64,000 bases of DNA from positions 31,777 to 95,776 of the forward strand of contig CAYHFQ010000003.1 of assembly GCA_964355955.1 (NCBI GenBank), in the 5' to 3' direction. This DNA is from an uncultured Gammaproteobacteria bacterium (lineage in GTDB: Bacteria; Patescibacteriota; Patescibacteriia; UBA9934). Positions 18,027 through 28,276 of the stretch are shown piece after piece. The position numbers and the translations under genes were made by a program. Positions within the stretch are counted from its first letter, which is position 1; each line of letters starts with the position of its first letter. The notes below the pieces were generated by a model that made no database searches, had not been told where the DNA came from, and saw nothing but the letters and a program-made list of their open reading frames with translations.

Positions 18027-18845
18027 TTATGGTTTGAGCGGATCGTGGCCGTTGGCGATCTCTACACTATCGTCGTAACCGTCGCCGTCCGTGTCCGCTT
18101 TTTGGTCGCTCGTGCCGTACTTGAATTCCTCAGCTAGGCTAAGGCCGTCATGGTCGGCGTCGATGGAAGTGAAGACGTCATGACAACTGGCGGCAAAGTC
18201 AGCGCTGAGAGTGTCGCAACCGGCTGGGTTACCGGCGGCAATGGCTGCTTCCAAGGCGGCCTGCTGGTCGCACTGATCTTCCGCGATGCCGTAAGTGCTA
18301 CAGGTACCAGCAGCTAGAATAGCCGGCAACATTTGAGCTTGGCAGCTGGCCTGACGTCTGGCTTCTTTGATGAGGTCACAAAGTTTGTAATCCTGAGCGT
18401 CGACCGCCAACAAGAAAGTGACCATGTCCTGACAGTTGCCTTTGACGTCGCCTGGCAAGGCGTCGCAAGTTTTAATCTCCTTGGTGTCGCGGGCGATGAG
18501 ATTGACGCAGTTGTTGTAGGCGGCGTCGGCTAGGCCTTCACAAGCGGTAGGGGCAGCGGCCTGACGAGCCAGATTGGACTGTGTTCGCTCGGCACAGGCG
18601 GCTGGATCCTTCTCCTGACTACAATCGGCGACTGCTTGATCAATGCGATCTTTAACGGACACGACCGAGCTTGGGACGGCGGAGTTAAGGGAATTGAGAA
18701 TGAAGATGACAATGAGAGCCACGACTGCCCCACCGACCACAATACCACCGCCGAGGAACAGCTGGTTACGGCGAACCTGGAACCACTTTTTAGGTGGTTC
18801 TGGCGGTAGGCCTGGGGTGAAGTATTGTGGCTCTAAAGTATTCAT
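18027..18845 (-). CDS. Single-pass membrane protein with Cys-rich repeats and DxDxDG repeats
   Basis: TM helix, periodic Cys pairs, DADHDGLS, DTDGDGYDDSVE. Confidence 0.8.
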   Translation of the reverse strand: MNTLEPQYFTPGLPPEPPKKWFQVRRNQLFLGGGIVVGGAVVALIVIFILNSLNSAVPSSVVSVKDRIDQAVADCSQEKDPAACAERTQSNLARQAAAPTACEGLADAAYNNCVNLIARDTKEIKTCDALPGDVKGNCQDMVTFLLAVDAQDYKLCDLIKEARRQASCQAQMLPAILAAGTCSTYGIAEDQCDQQAALEAAIAAGNPAGCDTLSADFAASCHDVFTSIDADHDGLSLAEEFKYGTSDQKADTDGDGYDDSVEIANGHDPLKP

Positions 18846-18849
18846 AAAT

Positions 18850-18883
18850 GCCCCCTCCTAACTCCCCCATAACTGGGGGAGGG
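18850..18883. repeat. Repeat family C, intergenic copy
   Basis: gccccctcctaactcccccataactgggggag. Confidence 0.9.
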
Positions 18884-18889
18884 TTTTAA

Positions 18890-21800
18890 TTACGGTGAAC
18901 AGTAGTTGAACTTGACGTTGCTGATGTTGACTTGGCCCTCGCCGGCGAAGGTGACGCGAAGTGGAAGAGTTTGTTCGGCGGACTGATCGCAGATGAAACC
19001 TTCTGGCCAAGGGATAGCCACACCGGTGCCCTCCATGACTGAACCCGAGGTAGTAGTGCCGCCGGAAGTGACGAGTGTAAAGGTAGGTTGAGTGATGGAG
19101 GCGACGATTGAGTTATAAGCGTCGGTGATGGCACTGGATGAGCTGCCGTGGTAGGCGTAGTCGATACTGGTGAGGTTGTTTGGCTGTGTTCTATCCACTG
19201 TGTAAATGGCGGGATCGTTACTCGACCAACCAGCAACCGTGCGGATGAAGCTGCTCGAGGTGGTCAAAGCGATGGTGTAGAGTTCGTAATCTGGAATATC
19301 ATCACCGTTCTCGTCGACGCCCTTAATAATATCGGCAGCGTCGGTCGTCGCGGCTGGATCATTGGCCTCGCCATCAGTCAAAAGGACAACTATTTTACGA
19401 GCATTAGTAACGGAACTTTGTGCATCAAGAAGGGTTTTAGCGGCATCAAGTCCTAGGTCCGTAGGCGTACCGCCATCGGCATCATAAAGATCGATATAGC
19501 CAGCGTATTCAGCCTCGGCAGTTGAGTCGGCGAAGGCTCTGGTAGTAACCTCTGTAACTTCCGTACAAGATGTATCTGTACTTAAGCAGCCACCTCGGTA
19601 TGTGACTAGCCCGACATGCATGTTATCTACGGAATAAAGTGCAGACAATGAGTTGGTCAGTCCCTCTTTAGCAGCATTCAACCGAGCAGATGAACCGTCT
19701 ACACGCCCATCGAAGCTCCAATTCATCGAGTTTGACAGATCCGTCACGAAAACGACGTAAACATCTGGTGCAGTCACGTTATCGAGCGAGACGTCCGCCG
19801 TGAGGGTAGCACCCAAGCGACAAGCTGGGAAGGTGATGGTAGCCGCGTTCGGAAGGTCGGAAGTGGTGCTGTCGGTGTAAGAGTAGAGGTCGACGCTGCT
19901 CGATGAGGCAGCACCTGGTTGGTTGTCGGTCATCAGCATGGCGTCGGAGAGATATGTTTCTGGGCAGGTGCTGTTACAGCTGCTGGCACAGACTGGGAAC
20001 TGACAGTCGTTGCTTGAACAGTCAGCATCCGAGAGACAAGCGACACCGAGGCCACGAGCGGTGTCTGTGCTGTCGCCGCCATTACATTGGCCGACGGTTT
20101 GGCAGACCTCGTTTTCGTTAGCAGTGCCATCGGAATTAAGATCAACCGAGAAACGCTGGCCGTTATAAGTACAAGAATTGGAACCGACTAGAGTATAGCT
20201 AGTACCGGTGCTCGTGGCGTCGTCCCATACTTGAATAGGGGAAGAATCAGAGACCAGGCGAATAGCTGGAACGTAGGAGTTTGGCAGATCGTAAGCGTCG
20301 CAGTACTCGTCGCCGTTCGCCACGCCGTCGCCGCAGAATTCACCAGAGAGGCTGGTGTACTTACAGCTGACGGAACAGGCGGTACAGGTGGATTCGTAAG
20401 CACTGGTACAGCCGGCGCCGTTGTTTACGCCCTCGTCACACTGCTCGGTTTCGAGTTCCAAGTAACCGTCGCCGCAGACGTTGGTTTTACACTGGTTGGT
20501 GCAGGTGTCGCCGGAGTCCGTGTTGCCGTCGTCACATTCTTCACCGGTATCGACCACGCCGTCGCCGCAGTTATTGAGAGCTTTGCAAGTAATGCCCTGG
20601 TAACCAGTAGCTGCATCCGTCCAGTTACAGGTGCCGCCGCTAGCCCCGTCGTCATCACAAACGCGAGTGCGGTAGGTTTGATAAGTGTTGTTTGAACAGG
20701 TGCCGCCAGCGCCACAGTCGTCATTAGTAGTACAGGCTTGGCCGACGAGGGTGGCGTCGTCGCTGAATTGGCAGACGGTGGAGACAGCACAGGCTCCAAA
20801 CGCCGGAGACTCCTCACCACCAGCGGTCAATCCACACTTTGGTCGCAAGCTCGTGCGGGATGATGAAGAGGTACCTGCCTCACATTGGCTGTCGGTCTCA
20901 CAAGCCTGGCCAGCCATGGTTCCTGATCTGTCGTTACAGATAGTGCCTTCATAAGAATCGAGGTCGCCATCACAGACTTCCCCGCTGTCGATAACGCCGT
21001 CGCCGCAGTAAGAAGCTGGACCTTGGCAGTCCCAGGCACAGGTGTTGTTCGGGTCAAATTCGTAATCACCATTAACGTAGCTGGCGCTCGTGGTACCGCC
21101 GCAGACATAGTCGACACCGCCAGTAGGACGAGCATATGTGGTGGTAGTCGAGCCACAGTCGCAAACTTCCCCACCGGCCAGGCTGCCGTCGCCGCAGTAG
21201 AAGGCGTCAACCGTAAGTGAGCAACTGGAGCCGCAGTAACCGTAACGTCCGTTCAATGAGCCGTCGTCGCAAGTTTCGCCGAGTGAGGTGTCGGTGACAC
21301 CGTCGCCGCAAGAGGAGACGACGCAGGTGGCCGAGGAGTCCGCGATGAAGGCGGAACAGGTGCTGTCGCAAACTTGAGATTGGATACCATTAGCATCGTC
21401 ATCGACCACGCCGTTAAGATCTGAATCGACCGTCAAGTCGGTATCGCAAGTGGCAGTGTCGCCACCGCGCTGACCGATTTCGCAGGCTTCCCCACCATTA
21501 ACAACGCCGTCGCCGCAGTTGCCGGTGCTGCCGTAAACGGTGGCGCCGTCGCAGAAGACTGCAGTAGTGAAGCCTTCAGCAGTACTGAGCGGGCTCGAGA
21601 CTTGGTACGTTACGGCGTCGTCGGTTGCTGTGTCGTAGTCGTAGTACCAACCAGCGGCTGCGTATTCGAGGTCAGCGTAAAGAGTGTAACTAGCGCTGCC
21701 GCCAGCTTTGTAGTGATAAACATGGCTGCCAGCTGGACAGATGTACTGGCCGTTGGCTTGGTTGACGCAAGTTGCAGAGTCGTAACTAGCTAGAGGATCT

Positions 21801-24800
21801 GCACCACAGCCGAGGAAGGCGTTGAGCGGATCCGCCAGCAATGAAGAATCACCAAGAGCGCCACCGAGCAAGTCCGTCCAAGAACCCCAGACGCTGGCAC
21901 CGAGGCCACGAACGAAGGTGCCAGAAGCGAGAGTCGGTACGTCGGAAGTGGCGTAAGTAGAGCTATAAGTGCTGACTTCGCTGCTGATAGTACGGAGATC
22001 GGACAAGCGCTTGACGTCGCGGGTAAGTTTGATTTTGTTGTTGGCACAAGTTTCGCCAGTGGCACAGTCGGCGTCTGAGGTACAAGATTTAGCCGTGTAG
22101 GCGGAACCGTCGGAACAGAGGGCGACATCGCTGACGTTGACGGCAAAGGAGAGGTTAGCGAGGAGCTGATCGTAAATAGCTTTGGTACTTTCGCTGGCAC
22201 CATCGTTGTAGGAGATGACGTAAATGTTGGGGTAGAGGGTGCTGCCACTCTCGTTAACGGCAGCGATGTAGGTGGTGCGGCCGTCTTGCACAGCCTGGAA
22301 ACCGTCCACGGTAGTAACAGATGGGCTACCCGAGAAACCCTGAGCTGTGAACCAAGCAGCTGGACTCAGGTAGTCGGAGTTGGTGACGACGCGGTAACCA
22401 ATGGCGTCGCCGCTGCCGTCGTCCACCTTGAACAAGTATTCTTTGAGAATGTTATCCGTGATGGAGTAGTCGGCGGCATTTTGGACGGTGAGGGCTGCGT
22501 AGTCGTCGGAGGTATCTTGAGCCACACCAGCGTCGCGGCAGTAGAAGTCTGAGAAGTTCATCCAGCCAGCCGAACCAAGCACGGCACCTTCTGCCAGGCT
22601 GGCGTCATCACTCCACGGGAAGGTGGCAGTCTTGATGTCTGGCCAAGTGTTTTCGCAGAGGAAGGCGATGACTTGATTGGTACCAGCCACGGCGGTGCCC
22701 TCAGAAGTACCAAATTGATCGTAATCGATGGTAGCGGTGGCAAGTACGTTAGCGTCACCGTTCTCACCAACGGCGGCGACCACTGCGGTGTCGGCGGTAT
22801 CAGCAGTTGAACCACCTGCAGTAGTGACGATGGTAGCATTCATGTCTTCTGCCCAAGCCCAGTTCCAGGAATAGACGCCGGAAAGAGATTCGATCGGCTC
22901 GCTCGTGGTGCCGTTATGGGTGTAAGCGGTGGCAGTGAAGTCGTGGCTTTCAGTAGCTTGTGAGAAGTAGCTTGGGCTCTCGGTATCACCGTCGGTTACT
23001 GACACACTATCCAAAGTACAAATTTCGGTACCAGTCGTGAAGTCCTGCCAAGCAAAACCGGCTGGGTTGAACATGGCGACGTCGTTGCTTGAGTGGACGC
23101 CTGGACGGGAGGAGTCGGTGACGTCGGCGTCGGTGATTACTTCCAATGTATAGCGAGCGTTGGCGAGCAACGGAATGTCATAGTGCATGACAACTTTGTA
23201 GTTGGTGACGCCCAAAACGTCGACAGCCTCCTGTGAGAACGAAGTGACCGGGACCACACAGTCGTTAGCGGCAGCTTCGGCGGAACGACCGGTGAATATT
23301 TGACGTACAGAAAGCCAGCCACGGGAATACCAGGCCAAGTGCGAGGTAGCGGCGATAGCTAAACGGGTATGGTCGGCCGGACAGATGTGATCTGGAACTG
23401 AACCTAAGTTGAGTTTAGCAAACATGAGAGGTTGAGCAGTGCCGCCTTCTGGTGTCGACAAGAAAGAGGCTAAGTCCATCTCTGTAGTAAAGAGGCCAGA
23501 AATTTCGGCATTGCGACAAACGTTGCGACCAGTTGGGTGCAAGGTGACGGTTGGGCGGGCCATGCAGCAGTTATTGACGCCAATGCCGACCACTTCCGGG
23601 AGTTCACAGTCGCTGTCTTGCAAAGCAGAACAGACGAGGGTGTAGGTGGAAGGGGTGAGTTCGGTTGAAATACCAGACTGAGGTTCGGTAACGTACATGC
23701 TAGCCACGGCTAAGTTGGTGTCGGGGTCGACTTCTTGAGCAGCCTGGAGGCCGATGGCTGCCAATTGCATGTCGTCGACGTTACTGTCGCCAGAGGAGGC
23801 TTCACAACCAGGGTACTCGCCCTGACCGGTGACGCCGTCGCCGCAGAAGGAAGGAATAGTGTAATCGGTAGAAGAACCAAGGTATGACGTGGCAGCTTCG
23901 GTCAAACAAGTAGCCGAACAGCCGTCACCATCCACACTGTTACCGTCGTCGCAAGTTTCGTAGAAAGGAGTAATAGTAAGGTCGCCGCAACTGGCACCGC
24001 CAATATCCGCTGAGCTAACAGAACCTTCACTCAGACATAATGAAGAACAGCCGTCGCCGTTGGCTACGTTGCCGTCGTCGCAGTCCTCGCCACCGATGGT
24101 GGTCTCGAAAGCGCGGTCATGGTTGCCGCAAGTCGCGTTAACTGAGCGCGAACCCTCGTTCAAACAAGTAGCGGAACAACCGTCGCCACTGCGCGTGTTG
24201 CCGTCGTCGCAGTCTTCGCCAGAATGATCGCCTGCTTGGTCTTGGCGACCATTGCCGCAAAGTGGAGCCCAAGTTGGACCACCGTCGCCACCCTCGCGCA
24301 AACAAGAAGCGGAACAACCGTCGCCGTCGTTAGTGTTGCCGTCTTCACATTCTTCACCGTAGCTGTTGCCAGCCCCGTCACCGATTCTACCGTCGCCACA
24401 AATGGCCGCGTACGGTTGGCTGCCGCCTGGGATACAAAGTGAAGTACAGCCAGCGGTAATACCGCTCTTGTCGGTGTCGACCTGAGCATTTGGCAACCAA
24501 CTAGCAACTTCGATCGAGCTGTTACTGCCGTCGTCGGTCCAGTCGGCAAAGCTCCAGTCGAAACCAGTGGTGGCGAGAAGCTGGCCCGAGGTGGAACAAG
24601 CGTCCATTTCACCGTAAGCGGAAACAGTGAAGTTTTGACGCTCACCAACGGTGTTGGCAGTGGCGGCTTCTGGAGAAACAGCTAAGCGATTAACAGCACA
24701 GACGTCAGTCCCCTCCTTAACGCCAAAGGTCCAGGAATAGTCACCGGTGTAATTGGTGCGGGTGAGAGCGACGCCGCTCGGAGTCGTGACGTCACCGGAG

Positions 24801-27800
24801 ATAACGACGCGATAGAATTTGCCTGGGACGAGATAGGTAGTGGCTGGCAAAACGAGATCGACCTGCTGACAATGAGTAGGAGCATCACTGGCGCAATTAG
24901 CGGCCGTGACTGTGTAGTCTGAGAATTCATCGCCGACGCCGACACTGCATAGTTCGTTAGGACAGGTATAGAGTTTAACTGCACCAGGCGCAACTAAGCT
25001 GACGGCGTCCATATCCGTGTTGAAGCTGGCACCGATTAGACCGTTACGGCAAGCCTCATTACAGCTCGGCCAAAAATCTGCGACGTAAGGATCAGTAAAG
25101 TTAATGGTAAGGACAGCGTTACCCTCAACGGCGCTGGCTCGCTCCTCTGCGGTCACGTCCGTGGTACCTTCAGCGTTGGCTTGAACGAGAGTGCAGCTAG
25201 AATTACCACCAGCGCAAACAGGGTCAGTGCTCGAGGTGAGGCCAGCGATACTATCGTCCACCGTCCAGTCGTAAACGTATTGAGTAGCGTCGAGAACTAC
25301 GCAAGCGTCGCTTGGTAAAGCGTTAAAGATATCGGTATCACCCTCCGCGTCGATGGTAGAAGTAGCTGGCGAAACTGAGACGTTGTTGACGGCACAGGCA
25401 GCACCAGTGCTCGAGACAGTGAAATGCCAAGAGGCGTTGGCAGCCATAGCAATGCCGCCAGGTGAGGAGATGGCAGCCGTGCTGACGGTGACTTTGTAGC
25501 TAGTGGCCGTGAGGAAAGGAGTGTTTGGAATCCAGGTGAAGGTAGTTGGTGAGGAGTCAGAAACCGTGAGGACACCGTCGGCCGTGATATCGGTGCCGCC
25601 AGTACAGGCGTCGCTATTACACTTTTCAATCTTCACAGCATCGTCGATCGTGCCGCGGTTCATGAGTTCTGTGAATTCGGCGTAAACTACGGCCTGTGGA
25701 CAGACTTCTGTAGTGAACGTGGAGTTTGGTACGGCACTGATGCGACCGCCGGCGGCTAAGTCACACTCGGTGACGATGGCTGGCGTGGTTGGAATGGTAC
25801 CAGTTGAGAAATACCACTGGTAAGCGGCTGGGCCAGGAGGATTGGTGGTATCAGTAGTTGAGTCACCGTAAGTGAAGTTGAGCGTGTTACTGGCGACACC
25901 TGAGGCCGAAAGAACCTGAACCGGACCAGAAGTGGCGCCACCTGGGGCCGTGACAGTTATCGTGGTGCTGTTCCAGGTACTCGTCAAGGTAGCTGGAATG
26001 CCGCTGAAGAAATTGACTGTACCGGTGGTAGAGCCGAGACTGCCAGTAATGGTGATAGTGTCCCCCGCCGCGCCAGTGTCTGGCGAGATGGAACAGATGC
26101 CAGGGCTAGGTGCGTTTGAGGTGATAGTAAAATCCGTGAGCGCTGAGGTGGCAGAATTTTGAGCGACGAGATAGATAGCGAAGTTGCTACCAGCGACGAC
26201 TGGGTCGCCGTTTTGGTAGTTAGCTGGCACGATGACCGTGACTTGAGTGTCTGACCAGTAATCAGAACAAGCGGCTGGGAAGCTGACGTCGGCCAAGGCC
26301 TTGTAACCGGAGTCTTTATTTTCGAAGAAAACCTGACCAATGTCGGCACCGAAGTTACTGCCTGTGAGCGTAATGTAGTCGCCGATAGCGGCTGAGGATG
26401 GGCTGATGCTGGCGATTGTCGGGACGGTGGTGACGGCGGTGGCCAGGCTGTAGAGAATAGTATTAGAGGCAACACCGTCGACCGTTACGCCAACCGCATA
26501 ACTGCCGTCACGAGCAGCAGGAGCGGTGACGTTGAGCGAAGTGTCGCTCCAACCGCTGTATGAACTAGCGGCGTTAGTACCGAAAGAGACAGTTGAGGTG
26601 CCCTGCGTGTCACCGAAATCGAGACCAGACAGCACGACCGCGTCGGTTGGTGCACCAGAAGTCGGTAAAAGTGAGCAAAGTTTAGGGTGGATGACATCGT
26701 TAACTACGAAGTCGTCGAAAATCTGACCGTAATCGTCGTTGCTTGAATCACTGAGTGGAGTTGTGCCGCCAGTGGTAATGGTAATTGGACCAGTCACAGC
26801 ACCGTCTGGGACCATGACGACTACGCCGGTCGACGACCAGGTAGCACAAGATGGGATAAGCGCAACGACCGTGCCGCCATCCGCCGCAGTGAAAGTTACA
26901 GTTGGCTGAACTGAGCCGAAGCCGATGCCGGCGATAGTAACAAAAGTACCAACCGCACCAGAGAGCGGTGAAATATCCGTAATTTCTGGTAATTCTGTAC
27001 AGATACCGTCGAGGCAGCTAGAGCTTGGGCCGCAGTCGGCGTCCGTGGTACAGGTGCTGCCAGTGCAAGCACCGCAATAATCTAGGCTGGTGCTATCACC
27101 GCCACAGTTGAGACCGGTTTCGCCGTGACTGGTATCAATTTCCGTATTAAAGCACCAAGGTCCACGCGCTGTAACGTGGATAGTGTCGTCGCTCGTGTTG
27201 CCGGCGATATCGGTGACGGTGGTGGCTAGTTTGTAGCTGGTTGAGTTGACCAAAGCTGTGGTATCCCAGTTGGTGGCAATAGTAGTATCGGCAAGATTGT
27301 CACCGCTCGCGCCAACTGAGTCGAACTGAACGTCTTCCGCGCTAAAACTAGCGTCGGCGACCTGGCTGTCGTCCGTGGCGTGGACCTGAACGAGAGCGGA
27401 AGAACCAGATTCAACGCTGCCGCTCGGGATAGTGATAACGGCGGTTGGGTTAGCAACGTCGACTAAGCTGCCAGTGGTAAAGGAAGATGTACAACTAGTG
27501 GTAGTACAAACAAGAGCATTACCGGTGGTACTCTTAATGGCGGTCGTAGTGGTGACGTTGTAAGTGGTGCCGTCTGGAGCGTCGTAGTCAAAGCAGTAAC
27601 GTGTTTCGTTAGGTGTTGGACAAGCAGCGTTAGGACGGAAGCTGGCGGCGTTGCCGCTAACAGTAATGGTACCGTCGACAATAGCGCCACTCGCGGCGTT
27701 GGTGACTACGAGGTTGCCGTTGAGGGTGGCGGCATCGAGATTTTTGGAGAAAGTAACGCGGAGTAAGATATTGCGGATGGCGACTGGGCCGTCAGGCGAG

Positions 27801-28273
27801 AAATCAGTGACTGTAAATGAAGAGGTGCTGCTGCTACCGCCGAATCCCCCACCACCGCTGCCATTGTCGCCAGTATTACCGCCGCCAGCACCCGTGGCGC
27901 TAATAAGAGCGGAGAGGATGAAGCTGGCAATGGCGAATGAAAGTAAGATGATGGCGAGACCGATGACACCGCGGATCAGAATTTTCTTGGCGCGTTCTAA
28001 CTTTTCTTCGTTGCCAGCGGCGGTCATCCAGGTGAAGCCACCGTAAAGAACAATGAGAACCGAGAGGATGCCGAGAACGCCAATGACGACGCGGATAATG
28101 CGAGCGATGATGATTTTTGGATCCTCCGCCGTGAGGCCAGAGGCAGCGCCGACGTTGGCCAAGCTGTCAGTTACCTGTGCTAGCAGGTGTGGGGTGTGCA
28201 AAAATACGCCAGCCGCAATGAGGCCAAGGACAGAAGGGAGAACGTATTTAAGGCGGAACCAACGCATAGCCAA
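18890..28273 (-). CDS. Giant surface protein: VirB2/TrbC-like pilin N-terminus, Ig-like and IPT/TIG domains, myxococcal Cys-rich repeats, C-terminal vWA
   Basis: YGGFTWMTAAGNEEKLERAKKIL pilin motif; P.I.SISP..G..ITL.G IPT repeats; many CGDG...CDDGN..DGDGCS repeats; MIDAS residues DLSNS, GGTPT, LTDG. Confidence 0.9.
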   Translation of the reverse strand: MAMRWFRLKYVLPSVLGLIAAGVFLHTPHLLAQVTDSLANVGAASGLTAEDPKIIIARIIRVVIGVLGILSVLIVLYGGFTWMTAAGNEEKLERAKKILIRGVIGLAIILLSFAIASFILSALISATGAGGGNTGDNGSGGGGFGGSSSTSSFTVTDFSPDGPVAIRNILLRVTFSKNLDAATLNGNLVVTNAASGAIVDGTITVSGNAASFRPNAACPTPNETRYCFDYDAPDGTTYNVTTTTAIKSTTGNALVCTTTSCTSSFTTGSLVDVANPTAVITIPSGSVESGSSALVQVHATDDSQVADASFSAEDVQFDSVGASGDNLADTTIATNWDTTALVNSTSYKLATTVTDIAGNTSDDTIHVTARGPWCFNTEIDTSHGETGLNCGGDSTSLDYCGACTGSTCTTDADCGPSSSCLDGICTELPEITDISPLSGAVGTFVTIAGIGFGSVQPTVTFTAADGGTVVALIPSCATWSSTGVVVMVPDGAVTGPITITTGGTTPLSDSSNDDYGQIFDDFVVNDVIHPKLCSLLPTSGAPTDAVVLSGLDFGDTQGTSTVSFGTNAASSYSGWSDTSLNVTAPAARDGSYAVGVTVDGVASNTILYSLATAVTTVPTIASISPSSAAIGDYITLTGSNFGADIGQVFFENKDSGYKALADVSFPAACSDYWSDTQVTVIVPANYQNGDPVVAGSNFAIYLVAQNSATSALTDFTITSNAPSPGICSISPDTGAAGDTITITGSLGSTTGTVNFFSGIPATLTSTWNSTTITVTAPGGATSGPVQVLSASGVASNTLNFTYGDSTTDTTNPPGPAAYQWYFSTGTIPTTPAIVTECDLAAGGRISAVPNSTFTTEVCPQAVVYAEFTELMNRGTIDDAVKIEKCNSDACTGGTDITADGVLTVSDSSPTTFTWIPNTPFLTATSYKVTVSTAAISSPGGIAMAANASWHFTVSSTGAACAVNNVSVSPATSTIDAEGDTDIFNALPSDACVVLDATQYVYDWTVDDSIAGLTSSTDPVCAGGNSSCTLVQANAEGTTDVTAEERASAVEGNAVLTINFTDPYVADFWPSCNEACRNGLIGASFNTDMDAVSLVAPGAVKLYTCPNELCSVGVGDEFSDYTVTAANCASDAPTHCQQVDLVLPATTYLVPGKFYRVVISGDVTTPSGVALTRTNYTGDYSWTFGVKEGTDVCAVNRLAVSPEAATANTVGERQNFTVSAYGEMDACSTSGQLLATTGFDWSFADWTDDGSNSSIEVASWLPNAQVDTDKSGITAGCTSLCIPGGSQPYAAICGDGRIGDGAGNSYGEECEDGNTNDGDGCSASCLREGGDGGPTWAPLCGNGRQDQAGDHSGEDCDDGNTRSGDGCSATCLNEGSRSVNATCGNHDRAFETTIGGEDCDDGNVANGDGCSSLCLSEGSVSSADIGGASCGDLTITPFYETCDDGNSVDGDGCSATCLTEAATSYLGSSTDYTIPSFCGDGVTGQGEYPGCEASSGDSNVDDMQLAAIGLQAAQEVDPDTNLAVASMYVTEPQSGISTELTPSTYTLVCSALQDSDCELPEVVGIGVNNCCMARPTVTLHPTGRNVCRNAEISGLFTTEMDLASFLSTPEGGTAQPLMFAKLNLGSVPDHICPADHTRLAIAATSHLAWYSRGWLSVRQIFTGRSAEAAANDCVVPVTSFSQEAVDVLGVTNYKVVMHYDIPLLANARYTLEVITDADVTDSSRPGVHSSNDVAMFNPAGFAWQDFTTGTEICTLDSVSVTDGDTESPSYFSQATESHDFTATAYTHNGTTSEPIESLSGVYSWNWAWAEDMNATIVTTAGGSTADTADTAVVAAVGENGDANVLATATIDYDQFGTSEGTAVAGTNQVIAFLCENTWPDIKTATFPWSDDASLAEGAVLGSAGWMNFSDFYCRDAGVAQDTSDDYAALTVQNAADYSITDNILKEYLFKVDDGSGDAIGYRVVTNSDYLSPAAWFTAQGFSGSPSVTTVDGFQAVQDGRTTYIAAVNESGSTLYPNIYVISYNDGASESTKAIYDQLLANLSFAVNVSDVALCSDGSAYTAKSCTSDADCATGETCANNKIKLTRDVKRLSDLRTISSEVSTYSSTYATSDVPTLASGTFVRGLGASVWGSWTDLLGGALGDSSLLADPLNAFLGCGADPLASYDSATCVNQANGQYICPAGSHVYHYKAGGSASYTLYADLEYAAAGWYYDYDTATDDAVTYQVSSPLSTAEGFTTAVFCDGATVYGSTGNCGDGVVNGGEACEIGQRGGDTATCDTDLTVDSDLNGVVDDDANGIQSQVCDSTCSAFIADSSATCVVSSCGDGVTDTSLGETCDDGSLNGRYGYCGSSCSLTVDAFYCGDGSLAGGEVCDCGSTTTTYARPTGGVDYVCGGTTSASYVNGDYEFDPNNTCAWDCQGPASYCGDGVIDSGEVCDGDLDSYEGTICNDRSGTMAGQACETDSQCEAGTSSSSRTSLRPKCGLTAGGEESPAFGACAVSTVCQFSDDATLVGQACTTNDDCGAGGTCSNNTYQTYRTRVCDDDGASGGTCNWTDAATGYQGITCKALNNCGDGVVDTGEECDDGNTDSGDTCTNQCKTNVCGDGYLELETEQCDEGVNNGAGCTSAYESTCTACSVSCKYTSLSGEFCGDGVANGDEYCDAYDLPNSYVPAIRLVSDSSPIQVWDDATSTGTSYTLVGSNSCTYNGQRFSVDLNSDGTANENEVCQTVGQCNGGDSTDTARGLGVACLSDADCSSNDCQFPVCASSCNSTCPETYLSDAMLMTDNQPGAASSSSVDLYSYTDSTTSDLPNAATITFPACRLGATLTADVSLDNVTAPDVYVVFVTDLSNSMNWSFDGRVDGSSARLNAAKEGLTNSLSALYSVDNMHVGLVTYRGGCLSTDTSCTEVTEVTTRAFADSTAEAEYAGYIDLYDADGGTPTDLGLDAAKTLLDAQSSVTNARKIVVLLTDGEANDPAATTDAADIIKGVDENGDDIPDYELYTIALTTSSSFIRTVAGWSSNDPAIYTVDRTQPNNLTSIDYAYHGSSSSAITDAYNSIVASITQPTFTLVTSGGTTTSGSVMEGTGVAIPWPEGFICDQSAEQTLPLRVTFAGEGQVNISNVKFNYCSP

Positions 28274-28276
28274 AAA

